A model generated the notes under the pieces. The model ran no database searches. It was not told the DNA's origin and saw only the letters and a program-made list of their open reading frames with translations. From the human T2T-CHM13v2.0 reference genome, Homo sapiens: a stretch of DNA of 64,000 nucleotides. The DNA lies in assembly GCF_009914755.1 (NCBI RefSeq), contig NC_060930.1; one strand, given 5' to 3'. Both the position numbers and the translations under genes were made by a program. Shown here one piece after another: positions 14,272-28,784 of this stretch. Position 1 is the first letter of the stretch. The number at the start of each line of letters is the position of its first letter.

Positions 14272-14799
14272 AAAAAAATACTTGACAGTTTCACTAATTT
14301 TCTTAAGAATCTTTCACACGTCCTTGATATTTATCCATAAGCCTTTCATTCATCATCGTCTTTTCTTGACTTTCCTAATTCAAATGTTAACTGGTTTACC
14401 TGCCAAAATCTCGTTTTGAATGGCTTTTCCTGTGATTCCAGCAATTCTTCAATACTACTTACATTTTATTTTTTTGCAATTCATGGGTGTCTCGCCGAAC
14501 TACTCTGTTTTATCTGTCAACACCACTGAAAGATTCTTGGCTTTTGGTTCAGGACCATCTTCTGTTGGCTGGCACTGCAGCGTTCACATTTCTCACTGTC
14601 CTCTTATGCCAGTAGCCACAGCAATCCCACTAACAGAGCTGCCTCCAACAGGGTCTTTCACTTTGGAAGGGAAGGAGTAAAAAAACTAATTCTCTAGCTT
14701 TCAGCATTGAAAATACAGGAACAGGGAAGAAAAGAGAAAGGAAATATGAAATAAATCTTCAAAATCTACTATGCACTGTATTAATCTTTTCCCTGTAAG

Positions 14800-14945
14800 T
14801 TTTCCCCATCACCTTCACAGTGAGCTGAAATGACAGAGCTGCACTTTGCTCCATCAGGTGGGCGTTATTAACCTCTCCATGTGCAGATGCAGAAACTGAG
14901 ATCTGAGTAAGTGACGTGCCCAAATGCACACAGCTGATGATGAGT
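14800..14945 (-). mobile_element. MIR fragment
   Basis: ccatgtgcagatgcagaaactgagatctgag...gtgacgtgcccaa...cacacagctg. Confidence 0.65.
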
Positions 14946-16218
14946 GGCCAAATTCTCTGTGTATATATACTGCGTGGCTATATTGCAGGGAACTGTGCTA
15001 CATGTCATCAGACAGTTATCAGTTTGGTTTCAAACATAAATGTCACAGACATTACAAAACACTGAAAAACAACCCCTTGAATTCAATTTAACAATTCCAG
15101 AAATCTCACCTCAGGAGATGGGAGGGATTTCATTTTGTTTGGTGGTAATCAGCACCTGCATTAGACCAAGTATTGCTTCAGAAGTCTTTTATGTTTAAGC
15201 AATTACACCTCATCTCTCCACAAAGAATAACATGGGCCAGACAGCTTTGTGATCGCCAAGTGTACATGTCATCTATGAAGTATCATAGTCTACAAATGCA
15301 ATGGTAAACCAGATGATGTCACTTTGTGCCCCAACCAGAAAGGCTACCCAGAACCTGGTGGGTCCAAGAGTAGCGGCCAACAATCTAACCATTTATGGAC
15401 AGACAAATGGTATTGTGTAAAACCTATAATGCTCTACTGAACTCCAACAGGAGATTACTTCATCCCCTGATTTCACAATGGGCTGCTAAAATTTTTTGCA
15501 ATAAATTAAGTCTCTGATGCTCATCTACAAAAGCCACAAAGCACCTTTTATAGCTAGAAATACAAACAAAATATTAAGGTATTTGCTATTGGTTTGCCTG
15601 TTTGATACTTCTACAGTGCATGATTTGAATTTGCCAAACTGGCCAATATTCAGTAATTTTTTAAAGATTATTTTATTTAGACATGTTATATGTAGTATTT
15701 ACACAGAGAGAAAGTGTTTTCTGCCTATTGTGATTAACTGAAAACAAGTCCCAGTTACCTAATTTCTATCATGCATTATATTATTCCCTAAAGCACTAAA
15801 ACATCTATGAATTCTAATAGTTTTAAAGGAAAATTCTCATATGCAGTGAACCCTTCACACTAATATTAGTATAATCCTATGCATTGAAAGATAATCTTGA
15901 ATCAGTTCTAACTGTTGTTTTATATCAAAGCCAGATCATGGACTCTACAACTTATTCTCAAATGAAAAATGTGTTATTCTTATAACTAATAACAAAAAGT
16001 AAACATGTTCATTGATTTTGGAGGCTTGGGAGGGTCCCAAACCCATCTTGACTTGGCTCGTGAATCAGTGGGTCACTGAGGTGAGGGTTCAGCCTCCAAT
16101 GATTAGAAGAGTCCTGGGTTTGAGTTGGGTCTGACCTGCAGCAGACCATAATACTTAAGGCCCTGGAGCTATTTGAATCCGAATGTTTTCTTTGGTGTTC
16201 ACGTAAATGTTTGCTAAA

Positions 16219-16334
16219 GTTCTATGAAGAATTTACTGTAAAGTGAAAGTGATACCTAAAGAAAAATGAGACCCTACTGTTGTTCTATGAAGAATTTACT
16301 GTAAAGTAAAACTGAAGTGTAACGAAAAATGAGA
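16219..16334. repeat. Imperfect tandem repeat, period 63 bp
   Basis: gttctatgaagaatttactgtaaagt at 16219 and 16282; gaaaaatgaga at 16261 and 16324. Confidence 0.85.
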
Positions 16335-16410
16335 TGGCATTCATCTCATCTGTTACAGGTGGCATTCACACAGATTCTGCAAGCACATTTGGAAGGATGA
16401 CATCCTAGGG

Positions 16411-16699
16411 CAGAGTTTCTTATCCTCACCACCATGAACCATCTGGACAGGACAGGCGTTTGTTATAGAGCCATCCCGTGCACACCACTATGAACCATCT
16501 GGACAGGACAGGCGTTTGTTATAGAGCCATCCCGTGCACTGTAGGATGTTCAGCAGCATCCCTGGCCTCTACCTACCAGACACCAATAGTAGCCCCCTCC
16601 TCCGTTGGGACAAGAAAAATATCTCCAGACACTGCCAGACGTCCTCTGGAGGAAAGAGCCACTCTCTCCCCATTCCCCACCCCTAGTTGAGAACCACTA
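16411..16699 (-). mobile_element. MER20 with an internal 56-bp tandem duplication
   Basis: gtgcactgtaggatgttcagcagcatccctggcctctacc...tctccagacactgcca...gttgagaaccact; hAT-type 8-bp TSD tcctaggg / ttctagag. Confidence 0.88.
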
Positions 16700-17159
16700 T
16701 TCTAGAGCATTAATCTTATCTTTACAGCAACAAATAAAGACAATCTTTAAAAAAAAAATCAAAAGGAAAATTACCCCAAATTTTACTTAAATTTTGACAA
16801 GTAATTTTTACATGAATTATTTTAAAAATTCTGAAGATTAATTTATAAAGATAAATACAGTCAGACATTTTATAAAGCAAAGTACTTGGCAGCTAAAAAA
16901 ATGCTCAAGACGAAAACTCAAAACCACAAGTTCATGAACCTTAAAAATGCCAGATTCTTTCAGTCAGGTGAATACTGTGTTTAGACTGATGTATATGATT
17001 TCTTATGAAGCCCATATTTAAAGGAATGTCCTATCTCATCTAGAAATGGCTCAGTATCTAAACAGTGCTAGTACACCATCCATTTGTGGCAATCTCACAC
17101 GGTTAATTATGGGTATATTTAAAGTACTTTATAGCTTCCCATTGCCACATGATTTTTAA

Positions 17160-17306
<147 letters not shown>

Positions 17307-18131
17307 TAATGTCTTTTATATTAGTTCTTCCTATTACCAACTTCTTGATAACAGGCAAGAGAAGTTATTTATTTCATATCACATTTATATTCTAATATTA
17401 TAAAACTATGTTTATTGTAATTATTTCTGTCAAACATCTTAAAGGAATATTGCCTTTAAGCAAACTAATGGTCTTTTACAAAGATAAGAGCAGCTGAGAC
17501 ATTCCGTTTCCAACTTGTCCACTTGCTTCACTGCCAAGCTGAGGTGGCCCACTCAGTGTCACAGGGGTTTCTTTGCTCAAGTTCAACTCTAAAATTCGTA
17601 TATATGTTATTTCCACAAATATGTACAATATTTACATGACTTCTCCTAGGATTATTTCTGGTCTCCGTGTTAGCATTTATTGGCTTCACGACCTTGGACA
17701 ACTCAATCTCATGCTGCTTCTGTTTCCTCATTGCTGAAAAAAGGGAGATGAAAGAAGCTTTAAATTCCTATTTCACAAATTCTGAGGGTATTTTGGGAGA
17801 ATACCTACAGGTGGATGTTAACTGGCTGCTCCCTAGAAGCTCTTTCAAGGAAAAAATAGTATCTAATGGCTTAATACACATTTTTAAAATTAAAAAATAG
17901 AGAAAAATAGAAGTACACATGAATTTCATTTCCACATACAGATAAAAAATTTGTAAGTTAAACAAGTTAGTCAAAATGTCTCTGAAAGTACCTGTGGAGT
18001 ATTAAATCACTATGTCAAACGCAACACGAAGAGCTAATGAGCGTGCATTTTTCACAGTAAGGATGATGATGATGATGATAGCCAAACCCCTCTGATTCCT
18101 CAGCTGGGAGATGATTAAAAAAAGTTCTTCG

Positions 18132-18834
18132 TGACTCAGAATGAAATACAAAATAAACCAGCTTTCTGGAAGTATTTACTAGGATCTCATGAAATTCTGA
18201 ACAGACAGTTTAGCAACGGAAGCGCTCCTGGGGGAAGAAGGTAGTGATGGATCTGTTGCAAGGCCCCATGGTCAGAGACAGAGGAGCAAAGTTACATATG
18301 GCAAGTAGAAGAGAGGCTCAGTTAGGCGTTAGGCAAATATGGAAAGGAAGAGAAAAGAAGATCCACAGGGAGAGAGAATGCTTTACCCAGACTGAGTAAA
18401 TGTCCCATTCTTAAACACTGAGAGAAGAAAGAGTGGGAGGAGAATGGAAGAAATACGCTGTCAACAGGGAACGTGATTTCTTACTCAGGCTAAAGGTATC
18501 CAGGGATGAAGCCAATCCCTATGAGTGACTCACGGCTGGTAACCAACGGCCCACGAGGTAGGCTCATGTAACCAAACATCACCTCCTCAGTCAGTCCTGG
18601 AAGTAGAGGTTACTACATTGCCCAAACTTTCCTAATGATCGAAAGACTAAAATGAGTCAACATAAGAAAAATATCCTCATCGAAAGACGGAAATCTTCAA
18701 CTGATCTCCTGCGGAAAGCAAAGGGCTGCTGGGTATGAGAGCCAGGCCTGCCAACAGCCGGCAGCACAGAACAACTTTCTCCGTCACACCCCTGGGTCAG
18801 GGCTTTCTCCTCCAGGACGTGGACCCTAGGAAGT
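18132..18834. promoter_or_regulatory. Candidate intronic enhancer (AP-1/ETS motif cluster)
   Basis: TGACTCA at 18132 and 18526, TGAGTCA at 18653, variants TGAGTAA at 18393 and TTACTCA at 18481, and several GGAA(G/A) cores, all in sequence with no recognisable repeat. Confidence 0.35.
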
Positions 18835-19794
18835 CTCACAGAAACCGAGGCTGCTGTTCTTAGTGTAGGAAATCTAAGCGGCTAATTCTACACTCATACT
18901 GAAAACTGAAAAATCACATTTAAAAAAAAAGAATGCTGAATATTATGTGTGTTTCACCCTTTATTCACAATAGCTACTGTCATCAAAATTAGGAAATCAG
19001 GGATAATCTAATCATTAAATTTTTTAACCTTCCAAAAGTAGAAGGTAGAATGTATTTTTTGTTCCCTCTTAATTATCATGCAAAATGTTTTTTCTTAATT
19101 TAGAATACACTCATATTAGTGTTATTTATAGTTTTGTAAAGGTCACCATATTTGTATTTATGGCATGCCAAAGTACTCTGCCAATGTTAAGAATTAAGAC
19201 ATAATTAGCCCCAACTGGTTACATTACATATGTGATGAACAGTAGTTATTCTTCTTATTTACCTCCTAATGTAATAAACAGTCAAAACTAGAAATATTGT
19301 TAGCTTTACTAAATAGGCTTGCTTCCCATGTTCCAATTTATAGCATAATCTTTAAGAGTAGATTTTATTACTGGTAAATAACATATTTGAAAAGAAACTA
19401 ATATACTTATTTATGAACTATTTTTAAATAATTAAAAAAACCTCTCAATATTTTCCCCATAGTTCACAACTTATATAATAATTAATATCTTTATGACAAG
19501 TCTGATTGTTTAGTTTTTCAAAGAAATGTAATAAGGCAAGAAAATTTTTGTACATGTCTATTTCCTCATAGATATTAAACAGTTTGAGATAATAAACAAA
19601 ACCTTTTTCCCTAGAGAGTCTATTCTCTATTACAGATAATGTGAAGCTGTATTTCCAGTAGAAAGCTATCATTATATCCACATTTGTGGCAAAAAGAATA
19701 CTGTATGTATGTAAATATAAAAATAAAGATATGTAATGGAACAGCCAGGGAGATACACAATTTCAGGTTTGAAGAAACAATACAAAAGGAAAAA

Positions 19795-20792
19795 GCAGTT
19801 TATTAAGTGTGTAATAATAGTATGTTTTTAAAAGCCCTGTACAACCTTAACTAAAAATTACTTTATCACTGAAAACCGTTAATGACCATCTGTGCCTTTT
19901 GCTGGTAGAGGGCTTGCCTCAGTGTCGATGGCTGCTAACTGATCAGGATGGTGGTTGCTAAAGGCTGGAGCGGCTGTGGCCATTTCTTACAATAAGACAA
20001 CAATGAAGTCTGCTGCAATCACTGACTCTTCCTTTCAGGAAAGATTTCTCTGTAGCATCCAGTGCTGTGTAACAGCATTTACCCGCAGTAGAATTTGTTT
20101 CAGAATTGGAGTCAATCTCTCAAACCCTGCTGCTGCTTTAACAACTAAACCTATGTAGTATTATAAACCCTTCTTTTGTTATTTTGACAACATTCACAGC
20201 ATCTTCACCAGGAATAGATTCCATCTTAAGAAAATACATTCTTTGTTGATCCATAAGAAGCAGCTCCTCATCAGTGAAAACTTTATTATGAGATTGCACA
20301 CGATAAAAGCAGTCACATCTTCAGATTCTACTTTTAATTCTAGCTCTCTTGCTATTTCCCCCACATCTGCAACTACTTCCTCCACTTGGAGGCCAATGGA
20401 GGGCTATTAAGTGGCCTAATTTCAATATTGTTGTGTCTCAGGGAACGGGGCGGCGGTGGCAGGGGGTGGTAATGGCCAGTTGGTGGAGCAGCCAGAACAC
20501 ACACAATATTTATGGATTAAATTCACTGTCTTTTATGGGTGCAGTTCATGGTGCCTGAAAACAATCACAACAGCAAAACCAAAGATCACTGATCACAGAT
20601 CACCGTAACAGATATAATAATAATCAGAAGTTTGAAATATTAGGAGAATTCTCAAAATGCGACACAGAGACAGGAGGTGAACACCTGAAAAAATAGTACC
20701 TACAGATTTGCTTAATGCAGGGTTGCCACACACCTTCAGTATGAAAAGAAGAAAAAAGCAATATCTATGAAGCAATAAAATAACATATGCCT
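19795..20792 (-). mobile_element. Internally deleted Tigger1 DNA transposon
   Basis: Minus-strand peptide [24 protein letters not shown] (ORF 20194-20385) resembles the Tigger1 transposase C-terminus. It is joined at about 20387 to 5' terminal sequence ending ...atatgcct. Confidence 0.85.
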
Positions 20793-20799
20793 AAACTCG

Positions 20800-20929
20800 T
20801 GTATTTAAGTGTACCCAAACAGAAAAAGTACAGTAAAAATGTGACTTTTTAATTATAATACAGTATGATAATCTTATGGGACCACTGCAGTCCATCATTT
20901 ACCAAAATTTGTTATGCAGGTTATGATTG
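20800..20929 (-). mobile_element. Tigger3-family 5' fragment
   Basis: agtacagtaaaaat...ataatcttatgggaccact is the reverse complement of the Tigger3a start. Confidence 0.65.
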
Positions 20930-21798
20930 CCTACTTTTTTATTTTAAAAAACTGAGTACATATGAAAGAAAGCACCTGGTTAATGTCTGTGAATATCAGT
21001 ATATAATACATAGTAATAGTTATTCATAAAACATATACTACTATATACATTTTCATGACTTATAGACATTTAATTCTAAAATTCTGTTATTCTTATTAAT
21101 TTGTAGTAAATATTACTAAAGTGCTCCCATTTCGTAAGAAGCAAGTCTATAGCACAAGTGCCATCCACCCTCTTGCTTTCACCAACGGAGTGACTGGAAG
21201 GCTGACTGAGGGATGCAAAGTCGCAGATTATTGGCTCTATTCCCTAAATCAGTGATTTCCAACTGTTGATCTGATGCTAGCATAGGTGATTCTTACATCT
21301 CTAGATGTATTACACGGTTCTCAAAACAAATATATTTAGAAAGAAAACCTAAATAAATAAATGAAGTCTTCAAAAAAAAAAAAGAAAAAGAAAGAAAACC
21401 AAAAATGGTTGGGATGGAGAAAAGACACAGAAGGCAGTCAAAACCGTAATGAGCACGTGTCCAAGCTCAGGAGTTGTGGTTGTTGGACAAACTATGCTAC
21501 ATGTATATCATCAGTTACTAGCTTATTTGGTTTCATACATCACTGACAACTAGCTTTCCTTTAGAGCACTTGGTCATAGTGCTTGATCCTTTGGAGCACT
21601 TGGTTACCTGCATACAGCAGTGAAGTACAACAGAACCCCAACCTGCCAAAGCACTTCAGAATTCTGCTTAAGGACTGGCTCACTATGCTCTTTAACATTT
21701 ATAGGAAATCTTTCTAAAAGACTACCTTGCTACCATAGGAGAAACCCACAATCAACCCAAGTGAAAGTTTTCTCGAATGTTGAGGATCTGTCTACAGC

Positions 21799-21994
21799 TG
21801 GGGCCAGCAAATGTTTTCTTAGAGGCCCAGACAACAAATATTTTAGGCTCTGCACACTACAAGACTCCATAGATGAAAGCAGCCATAGATGATATATAAA
21901 CAAGTGCATCTGCCTGTGTTACAATAAAACTTTATTTTCAAAACTATGCTGGTAGGCCAGATTTGGCCCATGAGTCCTAGATTGTCAACTTCTG
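21799..21994 (-). mobile_element. MER58A (hAT-Charlie)
   Basis: aaatattttaggct...gaaagcagccataga...caataaaactttattt...ggccagatttggcccatg. Confidence 0.8.
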
Positions 21995-22424
21995 GTTTAG
22001 CCTATTGTTAGATTAAAAAATACTTTTCCCCACTTTTGAAAGTCAGAAATTCTCATGAAATGTTATTCATGCAGTGAGAGGGCACCTTTGACAATTACAC
22101 TTTGTTAGAGAAAAAGTATATGGCCCCCAAAAACTGCATCAACTTGGGCTCTACAAATTCAGCATGGGTGACTGGATACCTAGGACTAGATTGAGGTTTA
22201 CCAAGGTTTTTCTACACCATGTAGAAAAAAAAGGGTTTGTTCCCTGTAATAACAGGGAACAAGAAGACTGATGAGTAAATGTTCAACCAACTTAAGAAAA
22301 TAAACTCACTTAAAGTACCACAGGAAATTCTAGGTTTACAAAGATTATTAACAAAAAACGAATTTTATCTGTTTATTAATGTATATCAGATTGAATCTTT
22401 ACTTCAAAATCATTTATTAGCTTT

Positions 22425-22706
22425 TTTTTTTTTGAGATGGAGTCTCGCACTGTCGCCTGGGCTGGCACAATCTCGGCTCATTGCAACCTCTGCCTCCTGG
22501 GTTCACACCATTCTCCTGCCTCAGCCTCCCGAGTAGCTGGGATTACAGGCACCCACCACCACACTCAGCTAATTTTTTGTATTTTTAGTAGAGACGGGGT
22601 TTCACCATGTTGGCCAGGCTGGTCTCAAACTCCTGACCTTAAGTGATTCACCTGCCTCGGCCTCCCAAAGTGCTGGAATTACAGGCATGAGCCATCGCGC
22701 CCGGCC
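22425..22706 (-). mobile_element. AluS
   Basis: Dimeric Alu; TSD catttattagcttt at 22411-22424 and 22707-22720. Confidence 0.95.
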
Positions 22707-22847
22707 CATTTATTAGCTTTAATTACTATATGAGTAAAATCAACAATATGTATATATTTATAAATATCGATATAATTTCTACTTTTCTGTAATTCAGACC
22801 ACCTAGCTTTCAAGTCAGTAAGCTGTTCCTGAAACATGAGATATTAA

Positions 22848-22965
22848 CTTATTCATTCATTTAAAAATATTTACTGAATGCTTATTAGCAATTAGGCATT
22901 GCCTGGAAGCTGGAGATGTATGAATACAACACAGTCCTGCCATTATGGAATTTTCAGTCTGGGAA
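22848..22965 (-). mobile_element. L2 3' end
   Basis: attcattcatttaaaaatatttactgaatgctta...gctggagat. Confidence 0.65.
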
Positions 22966-23415
22966 AGAAATCTCCTTGGAAAACAACATTACTGTCAGAT
23001 TAATTTAATCTGAAAATTAATGATCAAGTTTTAAGAAATGCTGTAAATAGTAGGCATTACATATCAAAGTATTAATATCATTTTCACGTACATCTCTTTT
23101 TCTCATTATTTGATCATATAGTTAAAAATGTGGTACCACTGATTTCCAGGCATATAATAAAACAAAACAAAATGGTGTATGCTACAGTTGAGGTCAAGTT
23201 CCTAAAGAGATTTAATAGAAGCCTGACGCTACAGAACAATATGTAGAGCAGAACCCTCTTTGTATGTTTAAAGAGAGAACTTTTCTGAAGGAATGTTAAC
23301 AGTGGGTCTGAGGATAGGGCTGGCAGTTATCACGAGGGTGGGAACTTTTACTTTAAAATTTTATTTTAAATGAAGACGTGTTACTTTTAGAACATTTTTT
23401 ATTACTTTAAAACAA

Positions 23416-23710
<295 letters not shown>

Positions 23711-24689
23711 TAAAATATGTTTTTTTTTTTTTTTTTTAGTTAGTGGTTAACATCTACAAAGACAAAAAATAAGTTCTCATTAGGAGGTACACAAAGAGAG
23801 AATTAGGGGGAGTTATATTCAAATTTATCTTTTTTTACTTTGCAACCCAGGAATGTTTTTCCCTATCCTGACCTGATTCACAACAATTAACTTTTATTTT
23901 TTTTTTGCAGGTGGAAAAGTTGAGGGAGGAAGAACACAGAAACCCAAACAATGTGTATGAACATGTTTGTGAGAAAGAGGCAGGGATTACCACGACTGAG
24001 CAGACTCTGTGGGCGCCCTCATACCACATGCTGCAGGCAACCACAGCTAGGATCTTCCTTTTCCTTTCTCCCTTACCGCTGGCACCCAGGACCACAAAAT
24101 TCATTAAAGAAATGTTTCTCACTGCTTGTGAATTTGTTTTCCTTTCAGGCAATGTGATGACAGGCTAGGTTCTTATGCTTTAACAGCCCATCATGGGAAT
24201 TTTTAACTTAAGCAATTATAAAATAAAAATGTACTGACGCTAAAGATTCATTTATAAACCTGTCGCTTTAATCTTTCTTCATGACTTGTTGGTGTAATTA
24301 GGCAGCTATATAGTCACATAAAATTTCACGGAAAAATTATATGCTTACTAGTTGTTGGTCATGAAACAACTTATAACATTGGACTTCACGTTTATTCTCA
24401 GACTAAAAATCTAAATGATAGCGAAATTTAATAAAACTTCTTGGAAGGCTTACAGATAACTTTTACTTTGTAAAGCATGTGCATGCTTTGTAAAGCTTTC
24501 TCATGCTTCAGTAAATCAGAAGTAATGATGGGGGTACACATTTTCTTACTTAAAACTTAATACTGGGAACAAGAGAACTAGCACGTTGCTACAGTCTCAT
24601 CAACAACTCTGAAAAGGCAACAAGCCAATACAAACAAATACAGTTTTCCAAAAATACCTGATAATACTTCTAAATTAAGAGCTGACTTC

Positions 24690-24958
24690 AAGGGAGTGGG
24701 GAATAAGGGGAGATTTCTTAAAGAATATAAAATTATAGCTAGACAGACACATTAAATTCTAGTGTTCTGTGGAGTGCTCTATAGTTTATCATATTAAGTA
24801 TTTTTCAATTAGCTAGAAAAGAGGTTTTTAAATGTTCCTAACACAAACATACAATAAATGTCTGAGGTGACAGATATGCTAATTACTCTGATTTGATCAC
24901 TACACATTGTTTCAAAACATTACTATGTACTCCATAAAAATGTGTCAATTTTTTAAAA
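24690..24958 (+). mobile_element. L1MA 3' end fragment
   Basis: tagctagaaaagagg...ataaatgtctgaggtgacagatatgctaattactctgatttgatcactacacattgt. Confidence 0.8.
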
Positions 24959-25464
24959 TCTTGTTAAAAAACTGATTTCAACTTTATTTTAAAATAATTT
25001 AGAAGCATAGTAATTTCTGGACGTCTATTTAATGAAATGTAAAGAAAGAATACCAAATATCTAACCATTCAAAGTCAAAAAATAACATAGATCCTACAGA
25101 TTGAGTCTATTTGAATAGGAGTAATTTCTAAAAACAATCATTAGTTTACTACTTATTCCTTTGCATTCATATAGTAGCTTCCTAATACTCAGGTTGAAAA
25201 CAAGCTTGATAAGATCTACTAATTAAAATGGTAAAACTGGAACACTGTCCAGTTTTTAATGTTAAAATTTAAAATCCCACAAACTCAAAATAAAATTACA
25301 AAAAACTAAGGCTGGGTATACATTTCTTCATTTGCTGCTCTGACATTCATCATAATTAGATACAGATAGGAAATTTTTCAGTCTCTGTAGTACATACACC
25401 AAATAGACATGCAACTTGTTGTTGTTGTTCAAGTCTGAAATTCTCTTTTCAGTTAATATATTTA

Positions 25465-26376
<912 letters not shown>

Positions 26377-26569
26377 CATAGGGTGACCGGGGATAGAAAG
26401 GGGTGGTCTCCTTCTGGGGTATTTCCTGCACTTTCCCATAAAGTTCACTTGTTGAGGCTTGGTAGAACTTCACAGAGTTGATAAGGCCACAAGTCTTAAC
26501 TGCATCTAGAAGTCGTAGAGTGCCAACTCCGTCAACGTCCGCAGTGTACTCAGCGAGGTCAAAGGAAAT
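26377..26569 (-). CDS. GMDS: GDP-mannose 4,6-dehydratase internal coding exon (probably exon 5, 193 nt, phase 0 in, phase 1 out)
   Basis: Minus strand reads ...CCTGCTTTTTCCAG|ATT TCC TTT GAC...CCC TAT G|GTGAGA. It translates [64 protein letters not shown], containing the GMD signature [11 protein letters not shown] (catalytic Thr/Glu) and the Tyr of YxxxK. The exon number is from recall. Confidence 0.97.
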
Positions 26570-26859
26570 CTGGAAAAAGCAGGCGGAGACAGGGCTGCAT
26601 TAATAGCTTCATAGCACAAAGGTGCTGTCAGCAGGAACAAAGACTACAATTTCACACACTGTGAAATGTTGGTGAGAAAATATTATTTTCTAACAGCACA
26701 ATAAGAACGTGGATGTCATCTACATACAGTATCAAATTGCTAAAAATATCTTAATTCCTATTAATTACCTATGGTAATGTGAAGAACACTTTAACCGCCC
26801 TTCTACTACTCGTAATTCTAGGCTGGAGTTCCTAGGGCATGGGTTATTATAGGGCAAAC

Positions 26860-27000
26860 CCTATTCCTCAGAATTATCTGGGATCTTCCTTAAAAATTCA
26901 GTCTGAACCAATCTCTTTGGGGGGTAGGGACCTAGGAAATTTACATTTTTAATGAGCCCCAGTTGATTTTTATGTACAGAGAAGTTTTGGAACATGTGCT
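26860..27000. mobile_element. MER5-family fragment
   Basis: tcagaattatctggg...aatctctttgggggg...acatttttaatgagccccagttgattttt. Confidence 0.5.
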
Positions 27001-28426
27001 TTAGAACACAGCTGAATTTAAAAAGGGTTGTTTTATTTTCTATTCTAAAGGTACAATAATAAATTTGTAATCTATTACACGAATGCATAATCTTTTTTTA
27101 ATTTGAGACACAGAGCATACAGCAAGATGCTAATGTATATATGAACCAATTTCTAAGCGAATGCTGAGGAATAATTCGATATTTTGCAGTTCTTTAGAGC
27201 ACTTTTTAAAAACAAGTGTGACTGATATGCTTTCTGAAATTATTCTATTTATGCATAATGAACAAAATAATCTAATATTAAGTCCCCTAAAATAATAAGG
27301 CTCAAAATCTTTGTCACTGGTTTATTCGTAGGCTAATATAGCTGGGCACAGTGCAAACAGGCTTCCCCTGCTGCCTCGTGAATCCTCAACTGGAAAAACC
27401 CCTTTGAGGGGTAAGGTCACTGGTCTTCGTCACTGCTGGGTCCTGCATGTGTGCCCTGGAGCAGAAGCTGTCCCCTGGCACATGCAAATGGTATTCAGGC
27501 AACTGCTCACCAGGGACCCTATTTAGACCACTAAACTCATGTCATTTAGGCCTGTGAGTAAAGGTCATGTGGCTGCCGGGAAATCAAAAGAAAAAAAGTA
27601 TGTTTCATCCACAGTCTTTCAAAGGTAAGAAAGCAAATTTGGAAGTCTGTTATTTTTATTCTTTTCTAATAACAGTTCATTAAGATATAATTCACACCCA
27701 TAAAATTCACCCTTTTAACAGTTTACAGTTCAGTGGTTTCTAGTACATTCACAGCAGTAGATGCCATCATCACCATCTAAGCCCAGAACATTTTCATCAC
27801 CCCAAAAAGAAACTCCGTACCTAGTACTCAGTACCTCAGAACCTAGTATCAGCAGCCACTCCCTGGTCCCCAGCTCTCACTCTGACCCCAACAGCCCTGT
27901 CACTATATATTTGCCTACTGTGGATGTTTCATACAAATGGAATCATACAATAGGTGGTTTTTAGTGACTGGCTTCCTTCGCTTACCATGTTTTCACTTTG
28001 GTTGAGTATATACCTAGGAATGTAGTTGCTGGGTCATACAGTAACACTATATTTAACATTTTGAAGAACTACCAGACCATTTTCCAAAATGCCTGCGTCA
28101 TTTCACCTTCTCACCATCAATGAACAAGAGTTCCAATTTCTCCACATCCTACATAGACTTGCTGTGGTCTTTTTTGTTATATCCATCCTAGTGGTGTGAA
28201 GTGCTATCTTGTTGTGGTTTTTCTTTTTCCTAATAAATAATGTTCAGCATCTTTTCATATGCTTATCAGCCATTTGTATCTTGTTTTTGTAGAAATGTGT
28301 ATTTGAATCCGTTAGCCATTTTTAAATTGGGTCATTTGTTGAGCTGTAAAAGTTTATATATATATACATATGCATATACATACATATATATATATTCTGA
28401 ATACAAGTCCCTTATCAAATATATGA

Positions 28427-28777
<351 letters not shown>

Positions 28778-28784
28778 TACTTCC

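Noticed and set aside
14849-14866. CTCF-like CCATCAGGTGGGCG
   Set aside because: It has mismatches at core positions and lies in MIR-derived sequence.
16219-16539. Repeat-spacer-like appearance suggestive of CRISPR
   Set aside because: Each unit has only two copies, there are no unique spacers and no cas genes, and the context is a eukaryotic intron.
21558-21604. Micro-duplications (cctttagagcacttggt / cctttggagcacttggt; also ggggattaaaaat x2 at about 39076 and ggatgtt(g)taatattagt x2 at about 56568)
   Set aside because: These are short slippage duplications that are common in intronic DNA, with no further structure.
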